Part shown: positions 9,471-18,915 of the stretch, piece by piece
How positions within the stretch are numbered: position 1 is the first letter of the stretch
Layout of the letters: every line of letters starts with the position of its first letter
DNA from: Trueperaceae bacterium
Lineage (GTDB): Bacteria > Deinococcota > Deinococci > Deinococcales > Trueperaceae
Length of the DNA stretch: 64,000 bases
Reading direction: 5' to 3'
Assembly (NCBI GenBank): GCA_034520945.1
Contig: JAXHNB010000002.1
Span: 32,001-96,000 of the forward strand
The notes under the pieces: generated by a model
Database searches by the model: none
What the model was told of the DNA's origin: nothing
What the model saw: the letters and a program-made list of their open reading frames with translations, nothing else
Position numbers and translations under genes: made by a program

Positions 9471-10789
9471 CGGGGCACGCACCCGTCGCGGCCAAGGGGC
9501 AGGAGGCCTTGAAGCTCGTCCAGAACACCAGTGCGGTAGGTGTTGGCGAGCCCGTGCGGGCGGCAGAGCCGTCCCGTGCCCGTCTGCGCCAGCCGGGCGC
9601 CCACCTCGGCCTCCTCCTTCAGGTCCCAGGCGTAGGGGTAGAGGGCGTAGGCCAGCTCGCGACGGGTCAGTTCGGTCACGCCGACGTACGCCGCCCGTAG
9701 CTGCTCGGCGGCGCGTGCGAGGGTGGCGGCGACCTCCGGGGGTGCGGTGCGTGGATCCGCCGCCAGCACCCGTAGGGCGTCCAGGTGCGCGCGGGCGCGG
9801 GGACCGTGCGCGAAGGGCAGGTGGAGGTAGTCGACGAGCACCTCCAGGAGCTCGCGGTCCAGGTGCCCGTCGTGGGTCGCGAAGCGCGGCCACCAGGCGT
9901 CGATGGCGGCGCGGAAGCTGGACTCGGCCGCGTCCGGCGTGTCCGCATGGCCCCGCAGCCACGCGGCCGTGGTGTGCAGTGGCACGAAGTTGGCTTCGGC
10001 CTCGACGTTGGGGTTGCTGATCACCCCGCGCAGCTGGGCGCGTAGCTCGGGGGGGCGGCCGCGGTAGGGACCCAGGTACAGCCTGCGCCCGTCGTAGTCG
10101 TTGGCGTGGAGGTTGTCCCAGAGGACCGGTTTTCGGCCCAGGGTGCGGCCCATCCGGGCGGCGGCCTCGGGCGGCACCCGCTCGCTGACGATCTCGGGGC
10201 CCGTCCAATAGACGTCGATGCCGGGATGCAGGTCCTCGCCGAGCGTTCGCAAGTAGGGGCTCTCCTCCGGGGAGGGGTCGGCCATTCGGTCGCAGTACTC
10301 GGTCGGGCACAGCAGCAGCGGGACACCGCCCCTGTCCTGGAGGTGGGCGTGAAGCTCGTTGGCGACGTCCGCCTGGGCGTGGGCGGGGGAAGGGAACGCC
10401 CGGGCATCGGCCGGGGACAGGGCCGGGTCGATGTCGTCGAACAGCAGGGTGACCCCCTCGGCGCCGAAATCCAGGACCTGGTCCACCTTCGCCCGCAGCG
10501 CCCGGCGGTCGTCGGGATCGGCGTAGCGCAGGTCCAAACCGGGCGCGATGGCGTAGTGCAGCGCGACGCCGTGCGTGCGGGCTTCGCGCGCCAACGCCCC
10601 TAGCTCGCGCGCCTCCTCCTGGTCGTAGGAGAGGCGCCAGGCAGCCCGGACCTTCACGTCGTCCTTGGGCCCGTAGACGTAGGTTGTCATGTCCCAAGCG
10701 GCCAGGTCGCCCAGTAGTTCGCGGCGTTGCGCGGGTCGCCACGGCCGGCCGTAGAAGCCTTCGATGACGCCGCGGTAGGGAAGGGGCAC
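9467..10789 (-). CDS. GH84 beta-N-acetylglucosaminidase (O-GlcNAcase-like)
   Basis: GVIEGFYGRPW, YVYGPKDD, LLFDDI (catalytic Asp-Asp), CPTEYC, WTG, WDNLHANDYD, NPNVE; AGGAGG RBS. Confidence 0.9.
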   Translation of the reverse strand: MPLPYRGVIEGFYGRPWRPAQRRELLGDLAAWDMTTYVYGPKDDVKVRAAWRLSYDQEEARELGALAREARTHGVALHYAIAPGLDLRYADPDDRRALRAKVDQVLDFGAEGVTLLFDDIDPALSPADARAFPSPAHAQADVANELHAHLQDRGGVPLLLCPTEYCDRMADPSPEESPYLRTLGEDLHPGIDVYWTGPEIVSERVPPEAAARMGRTLGRKPVLWDNLHANDYDGRRLYLGPYRGRPPELRAQLRGVISNPNVEAEANFVPLHTTAAWLRGHADTPDAAESSFRAAIDAWWPRFATHDGHLDRELLEVLVDYLHLPFAHGPRARAHLDALRVLAADPRTAPPEVAATLARAAEQLRAAYVGVTELTRRELAYALYPYAWDLKEEAEVGARLAQTGTGRLCRPHGLANTYRTGVLDELQGLLPLGRDGCVPR

Positions 10790-10799
10790 GAAAACCTCC

Positions 10800-11636
10800 T
10801 CAGTCCAGCGAGCCCACCGTGAGGCCCGCGATGATCTGGCGTTGGAAGATGAAGTACACGACGAGGATGGGCACCGTCGCGATGCTGAGGGCCGAGAAGA
10901 CCAGCTTGTAGTCCACGCTGTAGTGGCCGTAGAAGGCCAACAGGCCGGCCGGCAGCGTACGGGTCGCCTCGTCCCGGACGAACAGCAGCGCGAAGAGCAG
11001 TTCGTTCCAGAGGTTGACGGCGTTGAGGATCGCCATCGTCACCAAGGCGGGCCGCACCAGGGCAGCATCAGCGTGCCAGAAGGTGGCGGCCAGTCCGGCG
11101 CCGTCGATGCGGGCGGCGTCCTCCAGTTCGCCGGGCAGTGTCCGGTAGAACGAGCGCAGCAGGTAGATCGTCAGCGCCATCGGCCAGCTGGCGTAGGGGA
11201 GGATCAGCGCCAGGTGCGTGTCCAGAAGGCCCATGTCCCGGAGCTGCACGAACAGCGGGATCACCACCGTTTGCGGCGGCAGGAGCAGTCCGATCAGGAA
11301 CAGGTAGAACAGGGCGTCGCGGCCCGGGAACCGCAGGCGGGCGAACGCGTACGCCGCCATGCTGGCCAGGGCCACCAACACGGCGACCGCGACGCCGGTG
11401 ACGAAGAGGCTGTTGAGGTACAACCGCCCGAGGTCGCCCACGGTCCACGCCTCGACCCAGTTGGACCACTGAGGCGCCTCGGGCAGGCCGAAGGGGTGAG
11501 CGAAGATCTCCTGGTTGTCCTTGAGCGAGGAGTACAGCATCCACGCCAGCGGGAACGCCATCCCGGCCACCACCGTGAGCACGACCCACAGGTGCAAGAT
11601 CGCGGCGGGGGTGCTGCGTCGTTCAGTACTCGACAC
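10800..11636 (-). CDS. Carbohydrate ABC transporter permease
   Basis: LEDAARIDGAG EAA loop, TM segments; apparent compensated +1/-1 indel pair near 11060-11072 (WHADAALV where WH[V/L]MLPLV is expected). Confidence 0.9.
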   Translation of the reverse strand: MSSTERRSTPAAILHLWVVLTVVAGMAFPLAWMLYSSLKDNQEIFAHPFGLPEAPQWSNWVEAWTVGDLGRLYLNSLFVTGVAVAVLVALASMAAYAFARLRFPGRDALFYLFLIGLLLPPQTVVIPLFVQLRDMGLLDTHLALILPYASWPMALTIYLLRSFYRTLPGELEDAARIDGAGLAATFWHADAALVRPALVTMAILNAVNLWNELLFALLFVRDEATRTLPAGLLAFYGHYSVDYKLVFSALSIATVPILVVYFIFQRQIIAGLTVGSLD

Positions 11637-12552
11637 GGGACCTCCCCTGGGTGAGACGCAGGTACGCGATGCTCAAAAGCCCGACGACAACCGTCATGAT
11701 CACGGTCAGGGCGACGCCGTAGCCGAAGCGTCCGCGGTCGAACGCCTGCTTGACGATCCAGGTCGTGGGGATCTCGGTGGCGTTGAACGGGCCGCCGCCC
11801 GTCATGGCGAAAAACAGATCGAACGCCGCGAAGCCCCCCGTCACGCACAGCAGCACGGTGACGATCGTGGTTTCCCGCAGTAGGGGGAGCGTGACGCGGA
11901 AGAACTGCTGCAGCGGTCCCGCGCCGTCCAGGCGGGCGGCTTCGTAGAGGGTGGGCGGGATCCGCCGCAGCGCGGCCAAGTAGATGATCATGTAGAAGCC
12001 CGCGTACTTCCAGCCGCTCACCAGCGTCACGGCGGCCAGCGCCGTCTTCGGGTCGGACAGCCAGGCCCGCGTGAGGGTCCCCAGGCCGACGGCCTCGAGG
12101 GCGCCGTTGAGCAGGCCGAAGCGTAGGTCGTACACGAACGCCCACAGTAGGCCGGCCGCCACCATGGACAGAACCATGGGGGAGAAGAACAGCACCCGCA
12201 GGAGGCCGAACCCGCGACGCTCGGCGTTCAGCAGGACCGCCATGACGAGCCCGAAGGCGACCTCGACCACCAGCGTGCCCAGGATGTAGAGGCCGACGTT
12301 CAGATAGGAGCGTAGGTAGATACCGTCGTTCAGTGCGCGCAGGTAGTTGCGCCAGCCGACCCACTCCGCCGGGCTGATGCCGTCCCAACGGGTGAAGCCG
12401 TAGTACAGACTGGCGCCGAGCGGCAGCAGCACGAAACCACCGAAGAGCAGCAGCGCCGGCAGCACGAAGAGGTACGCCTGCCAGCCGTCGTTGCGGCCGG
12501 AGGGCGCGGCCACGGCCGCGCCCCGGTCCGTCCTGGAACGTGCTTCAGTCAC
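11623..12552 (-). CDS. Carbohydrate ABC transporter permease
   Basis: WVGWRNY, LYEAARLDGAG, MTGGGP motifs. Confidence 0.92.
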   Translation of the reverse strand: MTEARSRTDRGAAVAAPSGRNDGWQAYLFVLPALLLFGGFVLLPLGASLYYGFTRWDGISPAEWVGWRNYLRALNDGIYLRSYLNVGLYILGTLVVEVAFGLVMAVLLNAERRGFGLLRVLFFSPMVLSMVAAGLLWAFVYDLRFGLLNGALEAVGLGTLTRAWLSDPKTALAAVTLVSGWKYAGFYMIIYLAALRRIPPTLYEAARLDGAGPLQQFFRVTLPLLRETTIVTVLLCVTGGFAAFDLFFAMTGGGPFNATEIPTTWIVKQAFDRGRFGYGVALTVIMTVVVGLLSIAYLRLTQGRSRVEY

Positions 12553-13827
12553 GTTCCTGTCGCAGGGGCTCCAGCTGCTGATCGATCCACGCCAGCGCTG
12601 CCTCCGCGTCGCGCGCGCCGCTCGCGGCCATGGCCGCGCCCTCGTAGAAGACGTCGGCTACCTCCACGGGGTAGCCAGTGTCGGGCGGCGGGACCAGCGC
12701 CGTGGCCGACTCGAAGATCTCGGCCAGCTCCTGCGTATGAGGGTCGAGGTCGGCGACGTCCATCGCGCCCTCGATGGGGCTGAATTGGCCAGCCTCCGCC
12801 CACAGGCGTTGGTTTTCGAGCGAAGCGGCGTAGAAACGAAGGAAGGCCACCGCCTCGTCGAAGTGCTCCGTGTCCGCGCTGACCTCGAAGCCGGTCGCCA
12901 GCCCGATGACGCTGCCCGAGGCGCCGCGCCCGCCGGGGATCTCGGGCGTGTTGAACACGGAGTAGGCGAAGTCGTCGGGCGCGTTGTCGTTCGCGATCGC
13001 CACCAGCCAGGAGCCGATCGGGTGCATCGCCGCCGCGCCTTGGAAGAAGGCGTTCATCGCCGCGTCCGGCGCCGAGGCTGGTCATGTCCGCGTTGAACGC
13101 CCCTGCTTCGGCGAGCTCTTCGAAGAGCGTGAACGCCTCCACGAACGCCTCCTGCTGGAAGGGTTCCTCCAGGCGCAGGGCCGCGTCCAGCAAATCCATG
13201 CCGACGACCCGCTCGGTGACGTGGCCTGCCCAGTTCCCCAGCGGCCACAACTCCACATTGCCGATCACGAACGGCGTGACGCCCGCATCGGCCAGGACCG
13301 TCACGATCTCGACCAGGTCGTCCCAGGTCTCTGGGGGCTCGAGCCCGTGCTGGTCGAAGATCTCGGTGTTGTACCAGATGGCGGTGGTCACGTCGAGCGA
13401 GTTGGGCAGCATGTAGATGCGTCCGTCGACGGTGGTGCCGGCCCGCTCGCTCCAGGAGGCGTCGACGAACCAGTCGGCGAAGCCCGCCCGCCTCGGTGGC
13501 CTCGGTCAGGTCGGCGGCGAAACCCTGGCGGGCGTCGCGCGTGACGAGTTCCCCACCCCACTGGAAGAAGATGTCCGGCGGATCGTCGCTCTGCAACATG
13601 GTGATCAACCCGGCGTCCTCGTAGAGGTCGTCGTCCTGGACCACCTGGTCGATGGTGATGTCGGGATGCAACGCCTCGAAGGCGTCGACGATCCGGTCGA
13701 AGGTGGCGCGGTGGGCGCCGCCGGTCATGGCGTGCGCGATGGTGAGCTCGGTCTGGGCGGCGGCCCAGGGCAGCAGGAGCAGCATTGCCAGGCAGGTGGC
13801 GACGAGGGACGTTCGCAGCTTGGTCAT
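12545..13827 (-). CDS. Carbohydrate ABC substrate-binding protein, split over three frames (frameshifts near 13485 and 13068)
   Basis: GGAGG RBS and signal peptide MTKLRTSLVAT...WAAAQ; PPDIFFQWGG, then FADWFVDASW...GRIYMLP, then AMNAFFQGAAAMHPIGSW in successive frames. Confidence 0.8.
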
Positions 13828-13886
13828 GGGGATCCTCCAGGGGCGCGGGTCGCGCCGGTCGGGACGGGGATGGGGCGGCGGGAACG

Positions 13887-15122
13887 TCAACGGCGCATGG
13901 GTGCCTCCTCTCCAGGACGGGCGCGGGGCAGACGCCTCCGCACCAGGCTGCCGTCGCGAAGAATGTCGTCGAGAACGCCGACGGCCGCACCACGTGCGCC
14001 CGCGTTGGCGGGCAGGGCGGCGTAGGTGACGTGGAGCCTCTTGCCAAGGGGCCGCAACAGCCGCATCCGCAGCGTCTCCGACAGAAGGTTGGGGAGCGTG
14101 TCGCCCGTCGCCCGCACGTCGCCGCCCAGCACGATGGTGGTGGCCCCCGTTACGCTGATCGCGCTGGTGAGCGCGCGGGCTAGGTGTTCATTGAGTTCGT
14201 GAACGACTAGGGTCGCGACCTTGTCGCCCCGGCGGGCGGCCTCGGTGAAGCGTGAGAACGTCGCGCCCGGTCGCAGCTCGCTGTCGACGCCCTGCGCCAA
14301 GTACGCCTCCGCGTGGGCGATCAGCGCTTCGTGGGTGGCGAGGGTCTCCAGGCAGCCCACGTTGCCGCAGCGGCAGCGCTCTCCGTCGGGTCGCACCGAG
14401 ACGTGCCCGATTTCGCCGCAGATGCCGGTGCGGCTCCGGATCAAGTTCCCGTCCGCGAAGATGCCGCTTCCGACGCCGTCGCGTCCCAGGAAGAGGTAGA
14501 GCATGTCCGGCGCGTTGCGACCGGCGCCGAAGCGGTGCTCGGCGTCGGCGAAGGCACGGGACACGTCGTCGACCCGGACCGGAACGTCGAGCCGTTCCTC
14601 CAGGATGCGACGCGCAGGCACCGAGCCGCCACCGTGCTCCTTGGGCTGCCAGTGGCCGTCGCTGGTGACGACGTGGTGCAAGGCGGCGCCTACGCCGGCC
14701 GGTTCGGGCAGGCGATGCTTCGCCACGAACGCCTTCACCCGGCGGACGAGCCGGTCGAGCAGCGCCCGGTCGATCGGGCCGCCCTCGCGCCGCACGTCCT
14801 CGGCGATGGCCTCGCCGTGCGCGTCGCAGGCGACCAGGCGGGTTTGCCCGCCCCCGGCCTCGACGCCGATCGTCACGGCAGCGTCGGCGCGCAGCCGAAG
14901 GTGCTGGGTGGGCCGTCCGGGCCGCTCCGGGGGTTCGTCGTGAAGGCCGTCGAGGACGCCCGCGTCGATTAGCTCTCGGGTGATGCGGGAGACGCGGCTC
15001 GGGCTCATGCCGGTGCATTCGGCCAACGCGGCCCGGGTGTCGGCCGCACCCTCATGGACGAGGGAAGCCAGTCGGACGGCATGCGCCGTGCGCGCCGAGG
15101 GCGTGGCCACGCGGTGCGTCAT
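13887..15122 (-). CDS. ROK-family transcriptional regulator (HTH + ROK sugar-binding domain)
   Basis: N-terminal HTH TRAALAECTGMSPSRVSRITREL, PGRPT, GEIGH, CRCGNVGCLE zinc motif. Confidence 0.9.
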   Translation of the reverse strand: MTHRVATPSARTAHAVRLASLVHEGAADTRAALAECTGMSPSRVSRITRELIDAGVLDGLHDEPPERPGRPTQHLRLRADAAVTIGVEAGGGQTRLVACDAHGEAIAEDVRREGGPIDRALLDRLVRRVKAFVAKHRLPEPAGVGAALHHVVTSDGHWQPKEHGGGSVPARRILEERLDVPVRVDDVSRAFADAEHRFGAGRNAPDMLYLFLGRDGVGSGIFADGNLIRSRTGICGEIGHVSVRPDGERCRCGNVGCLETLATHEALIAHAEAYLAQGVDSELRPGATFSRFTEAARRGDKVATLVVHELNEHLARALTSAISVTGATTIVLGGDVRATGDTLPNLLSETLRMRLLRPLGKRLHVTYAALPANAGARGAAVGVLDDILRDGSLVRRRLPRARPGEEAPMRR

Positions 15123-15403
15123 AATTGCGAGGATGCAACTTTCTACGCCCGGGCGTCAAGGATTCTCTGTGAGTCGTTCGAAAAATGGAAAGCCATGCGA
15201 GGCCCGCGTGGACGGGTTGGTTCACGGACGGCTACCACAGCGACGGGCACCGCCCCCGCACCTCCGCGCAGCTCGCTCCCGGCTGAGCCCCCGCCCATGT
15301 ACCATGGACCTCGGCCGCATCAATGAGCGTGCCCACGCCCCGTGCCGATCCGCCCCGAAACCCGGGTGCACACGGCACCAGCCCGATCCCCGGAGGAGGA
15401 CCC

Positions 15404-16321
15404 ATGCCCTACATGCTTCGCCGTTCCCTGTTCGCCGTCCTGCTGCTCGCGTTCGTTCCGCTGGCGCTGGCCCAGCAGGCCCGCGTCGCCGTGATGACGC
15501 CCTATCTGGCCTCGGCCACCACGCGGATCATGGTCGAGGAGCTCGAGGCGGCGCTTCAAGAGATGGACTACGCCGTGAACGTGATCGATACCGCCGGCGA
15601 CGTCGGCGCGTTGGACGGACGCATTCAGGACGTGGTGACGCAGGACGTCGACGCGATCGTGCTGTCCGTCAACCCCGAACTGGTGCCCGCCGCGGTCGAG
15701 AACGCCAACGACGCCGGCATCCCGGTGTTCGGGATGGACGCCGGGTCCACGCAGGGGCTGGTGCAGGACGTGACATCCAACAACTACGCCATGGCGGCGC
15801 AGACCGCGACCTACCTGGTGGACGCGATTCAGGGCGAGGGCCGCGTGCTGATGCTGGTGCACCCGCCCTACGCGCCGGTGCAGAAGCGCGGCGTGGTGGC
15901 GCGCGCCATCTTCGACAACACGCCCGACGTCGAGGTGATGGACGAGGTGTTCGTCGACGTGCCCGGCCCGCTGGAGAACGCCCGCAACGCCGTCGAGGCG
16001 GTGCTGACCGCCAACCCCGAGCCGGGCGCCATCGCGGGCATCTGGGCGGCCTGGGACGAGCCCGCCCTGGGGGCGCTGCAGGCGATCGAGTCGCAGGGCC
16101 GCGCGAATGAGGGCATCGTCATCGTCGGGCTCGACGCGATCGATCCCGCACGCGCGGCGATCGCGGAGGGTGGCCCGTTCGAAGCGACGGTGGCGCAGGA
16201 CTTCGAAGCGATCGCGAACACCGTGGCGGAGCGCGTCGACGCCTACCTGAACGGCGAGGAGCCGAGCCAACGGACGATCTACATCCCGGCGTCGCTGCTG
16301 ACGCAGGACGAGCTTCGCTGA
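15404..16321 (+). CDS. Monosaccharide (RbsB-like, CUT2) ABC substrate-binding protein, copy 1
   Basis: GGAGGAGG RBS, signal peptide ending ALAQ, DVDAIVL, AGIPVFGMD, AAWDEPALGA. Confidence 0.9.
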   Translation: MPYMLRRSLFAVLLLAFVPLALAQQARVAVMTPYLASATTRIMVEELEAALQEMDYAVNVIDTAGDVGALDGRIQDVVTQDVDAIVLSVNPELVPAAVENANDAGIPVFGMDAGSTQGLVQDVTSNNYAMAAQTATYLVDAIQGEGRVLMLVHPPYAPVQKRGVVARAIFDNTPDVEVMDEVFVDVPGPLENARNAVEAVLTANPEPGAIAGIWAAWDEPALGALQAIESQGRANEGIVIVGLDAIDPARAAIAEGGPFEATVAQDFEAIANTVAERVDAYLNGEEPSQRTIYIPASLLTQDELR

Positions 16322-16374
16322 GCGCGTGAACAGCCGACCGGGACGCCCCGCCCGCCGGGGGCGGGGCCGCCCCC

Positions 16375-17901
16375 TTGCTGGCGGTGCGGGGCGCCTCGAA
16401 GCGTTTCGACGGCGAAGTCGCGTTGGAGGACGCCTCGCTGGAGGTGCGCGCCGGCGAGGTGCACGCGCTGATGGGCGAGAACGGGGCCGGCAAGTCCACC
16501 CTGATCAAGCTTCTGGCCGGCGTCGAGACGCCCGACGCGATGCAGCTCGAGGTCCTCGGTCGGCCCGAGCACGTGGGCGGTCCCGGCGACGCCGGCCGCT
16601 TGGGCCTGCGCTTCATCCACCAGGAGTTGAACGTGGTGCCGGCGTTGTCGGTGGCCGAGAACATCTTCCTCGGGCACGACTATCCGCGGCGCATGACGGG
16701 TCTGGTGGATTGGCGCGCGCTGCGGGCTCGGGCCCGCGACACGTTGGCGGGGCTTGGCGTCCGCCACATCGATCCCGCCGTGCCGATGAGCCGCCTCGGC
16801 ACCGGCGACGCCATGCTGGTGTCGATCGCGCGGGCGTTCGTGGAGCCGGCCGGCGCGGGCGAGCGCGGCCTGGTCTACGTCATGGACGAGCCGACCGCGG
16901 CGCTGTCGCGCCACGAGACGCAGCTGCTGTTCGAGGTGGTGCGAGGCCTGCGCAGCCGCGGGGCGGGGGTGCTGTACGTCTCGCACCGCATGGAGGAGAT
17001 CTTCGAGATCGCCGACCGCATCACCGTCCTGCGCGACGGGCGGGTGGTGCGCACCGTCGCGAGCGAGGACGCCACGCGCGAGGGGCTGATCCACGCCATG
17101 ACCGGGCGGGCCCTGGACGGCAGCTACGGCGGCGCCTCGCAAGGCGGGCCCCAAGACGATGCCCGCGCCGGCGCGCCGGCCCTGGAGGCGCGCGAGCTGC
17201 GCACGGCCGACCTGCACGGGGTGTCGCTGAAGGTGTGGCCCGGCGAGGTGGTGGGCGTGACCGGCCTGGCCGGGTCGGGCCGCACCGAGCTGCTGCGGGC
17301 GTTGCTGGGCGCCGACCCGCTCCGTGAGGGCCAGGTCCTGTTGGCGGGCCAGGAGGTGCACCTCGAGCATCCTGCCGAGGCGTGGGCGGCCGGGCTGGCG
17401 TACGTGCCCGAGGAGCGCCGCAGCCAGGCGCTGGCGATGGGGGCCGACGTGCGGCGCAACCTGTTGCTGCCGCACCTGGCCCGAGTGTCCACCTTCGGTG
17501 TCGCCGACCGCCGCCGCGAACGGCGGGAGGCGGATGCCTGGGGTCGCGAGGTGGGCCTGCGCGCCCGTGGTCCGCACCAGGCGGTGCACGAGCTCTCCGG
17601 CGGAAACCAGCAGAAGGTGGTGCTGGCACGGGCGTTGGCGGCGCGGCCGCGGGTGCTGTTGTTGGACGAGCCGACCCGCGGCGTCGACGTCGGTGCGAAG
17701 GCCGACATCTACCGGCTGGTCCGCCAGGCGGCGGCGGACGGCGCGGCGGTGCTGCTGGCGTCGTCCGACCTGGACGAGGTGCTCGGCGTGTGCGAGCGTG
17801 TCCTGGTGCTGCACGAGGGGCGCATCACGCACGAACGGCCGGTCGCGACGCTGGACCGCGGTGCGCTGCTGGAGTTGTGCTACGGCGGGGCGGCCGCATG
17901 A
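16375..17901 (+). CDS. Sugar ABC ATP-binding protein (two ATPase domains), copy 1
   Basis: GENGAGKST, MDEPT, VSHRMEE, LSGGNQQK, LDEPTRGVDVGAK; start codon uncertain (TTG; the upstream GTG at 16326 is out of frame). Confidence 0.92.
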   Translation: MLAVRGASKRFDGEVALEDASLEVRAGEVHALMGENGAGKSTLIKLLAGVETPDAMQLEVLGRPEHVGGPGDAGRLGLRFIHQELNVVPALSVAENIFLGHDYPRRMTGLVDWRALRARARDTLAGLGVRHIDPAVPMSRLGTGDAMLVSIARAFVEPAGAGERGLVYVMDEPTAALSRHETQLLFEVVRGLRSRGAGVLYVSHRMEEIFEIADRITVLRDGRVVRTVASEDATREGLIHAMTGRALDGSYGGASQGGPQDDARAGAPALEARELRTADLHGVSLKVWPGEVVGVTGLAGSGRTELLRALLGADPLREGQVLLAGQEVHLEHPAEAWAAGLAYVPEERRSQALAMGADVRRNLLLPHLARVSTFGVADRRRERREADAWGREVGLRARGPHQAVHELSGGNQQKVVLARALAARPRVLLLDEPTRGVDVGAKADIYRLVRQAAADGAAVLLASSDLDEVLGVCERVLVLHEGRITHERPVATLDRGALLELCYGGAAA

Positions 17902-18905
17902 GCACCGAGTCGTCCGCCCCGGCGGTGCGTGGCGGCCCGTCGCGACGCCTGCGCGCGCTCCGTCGCTACGGCACGCTGGTGGGTCTGTTAGCCATCATCG
18001 GGGTGTTCTGGACCCTGCGGCCGGACACCTTCATGACGATCGGCAACTGGCTCAACATCACCCAGCAGGTGTCGATCCTGGCGGTGGTGGCGTTCACCAG
18101 CACGGTGGTGATGGTGACCGGCGCCTTCGACCTGTCGGTCGGCACGCTGGCCAGCCTGAGCGGCATGATCGCGGCGGGCCTGATGCAGGCGGGCTACCCC
18201 ATCCCGGTCGCGATCGCCTTGGCCCTGGCTGCGGCCGCCGCCGCGGGCGTGCTGAACGGTCTGCTGGTGGCGTACCTGCGCATCGTGCCGTTCGTGGCGA
18301 CGCTGGGGACGCTCACCATGTTCGGCGGGTTCGCGCTGCTGGTGTCGGGCGGAAGCACCATCTACGGCCGCGCCATCCCCAGCGCGTTCGGGTCGTTCGG
18401 GCGGGGCGGCATCCCCTTGGGGACGTTCGACGGCCGCGCGGTGCTGCTCCCCAACCTCACGCTGGTGGCGGCGGGGGTGCTGCTGGCCACCTGGGTGCTG
18501 CTGGAGCACACCACCTACGGCCGCCGCCTGTACGCCACCGGCGGCAACGTGGTCGCGGCGCGGCTGGCTGGGCTGCGCGTCCGGCGCCTGGTGCTCGGGG
18601 CGTTCATGGTGAACGGGATCGGCGCCGGCATCGGCGGGCTGATGCTCACCAGCCGCCTGGCCTCCGCCAACCCCACGCAGGGCGACGGGCTGATGCTGAA
18701 CGCCATCGCCGCGGTGTTCCTGGGGGTCACGCTCAGCGAGGAGGGCGAACCGCGCGTGCTCGGCACCTTGGTGGGGGTGCTGATCCTGGGCGTGCTGGCC
18801 AACGGGCTGACCCAGCTCCAGATCGATACCTACGTCCAACAGGTGCTGACCGGCGCCATCGTGGTGGCCGCGGTCGCGTTCGGCAGCGTTTCGAAGCGCG
18901 GATGA
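17898..18905 (+). CDS. Sugar ABC permease (RbsC-like), copy 1
   Basis: FDLSVG, PFVATLG, YATGGN, AIAAVFLGV motifs; ATGA coupling. Confidence 0.92.
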   Translation: MSTESSAPAVRGGPSRRLRALRRYGTLVGLLAIIGVFWTLRPDTFMTIGNWLNITQQVSILAVVAFTSTVVMVTGAFDLSVGTLASLSGMIAAGLMQAGYPIPVAIALALAAAAAAGVLNGLLVAYLRIVPFVATLGTLTMFGGFALLVSGGSTIYGRAIPSAFGSFGRGGIPLGTFDGRAVLLPNLTLVAAGVLLATWVLLEHTTYGRRLYATGGNVVAARLAGLRVRRLVLGAFMVNGIGAGIGGLMLTSRLASANPTQGDGLMLNAIAAVFLGVTLSEEGEPRVLGTLVGVLILGVLANGLTQLQIDTYVQQVLTGAIVVAAVAFGSVSKRG

Positions 18906-18915
18906 GGGGAGGACC

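Noticed and set aside
8853..10742. 629-aa ORF suggesting a true GH84-GNAT fusion
   Set aside because: The upstream portion is off-frame to GH84. GH84 ends at its own stop with a GTGA overlap, consistent with two coupled genes.
16326..16375. GC-rich hairpin-like stretch or programmed frameshift at the sugar ATPase start
   Set aside because: The out-of-frame GTG and G/C runs occur in both copies but cannot be distinguished from a TTG start or a homopolymer error; insufficient support.
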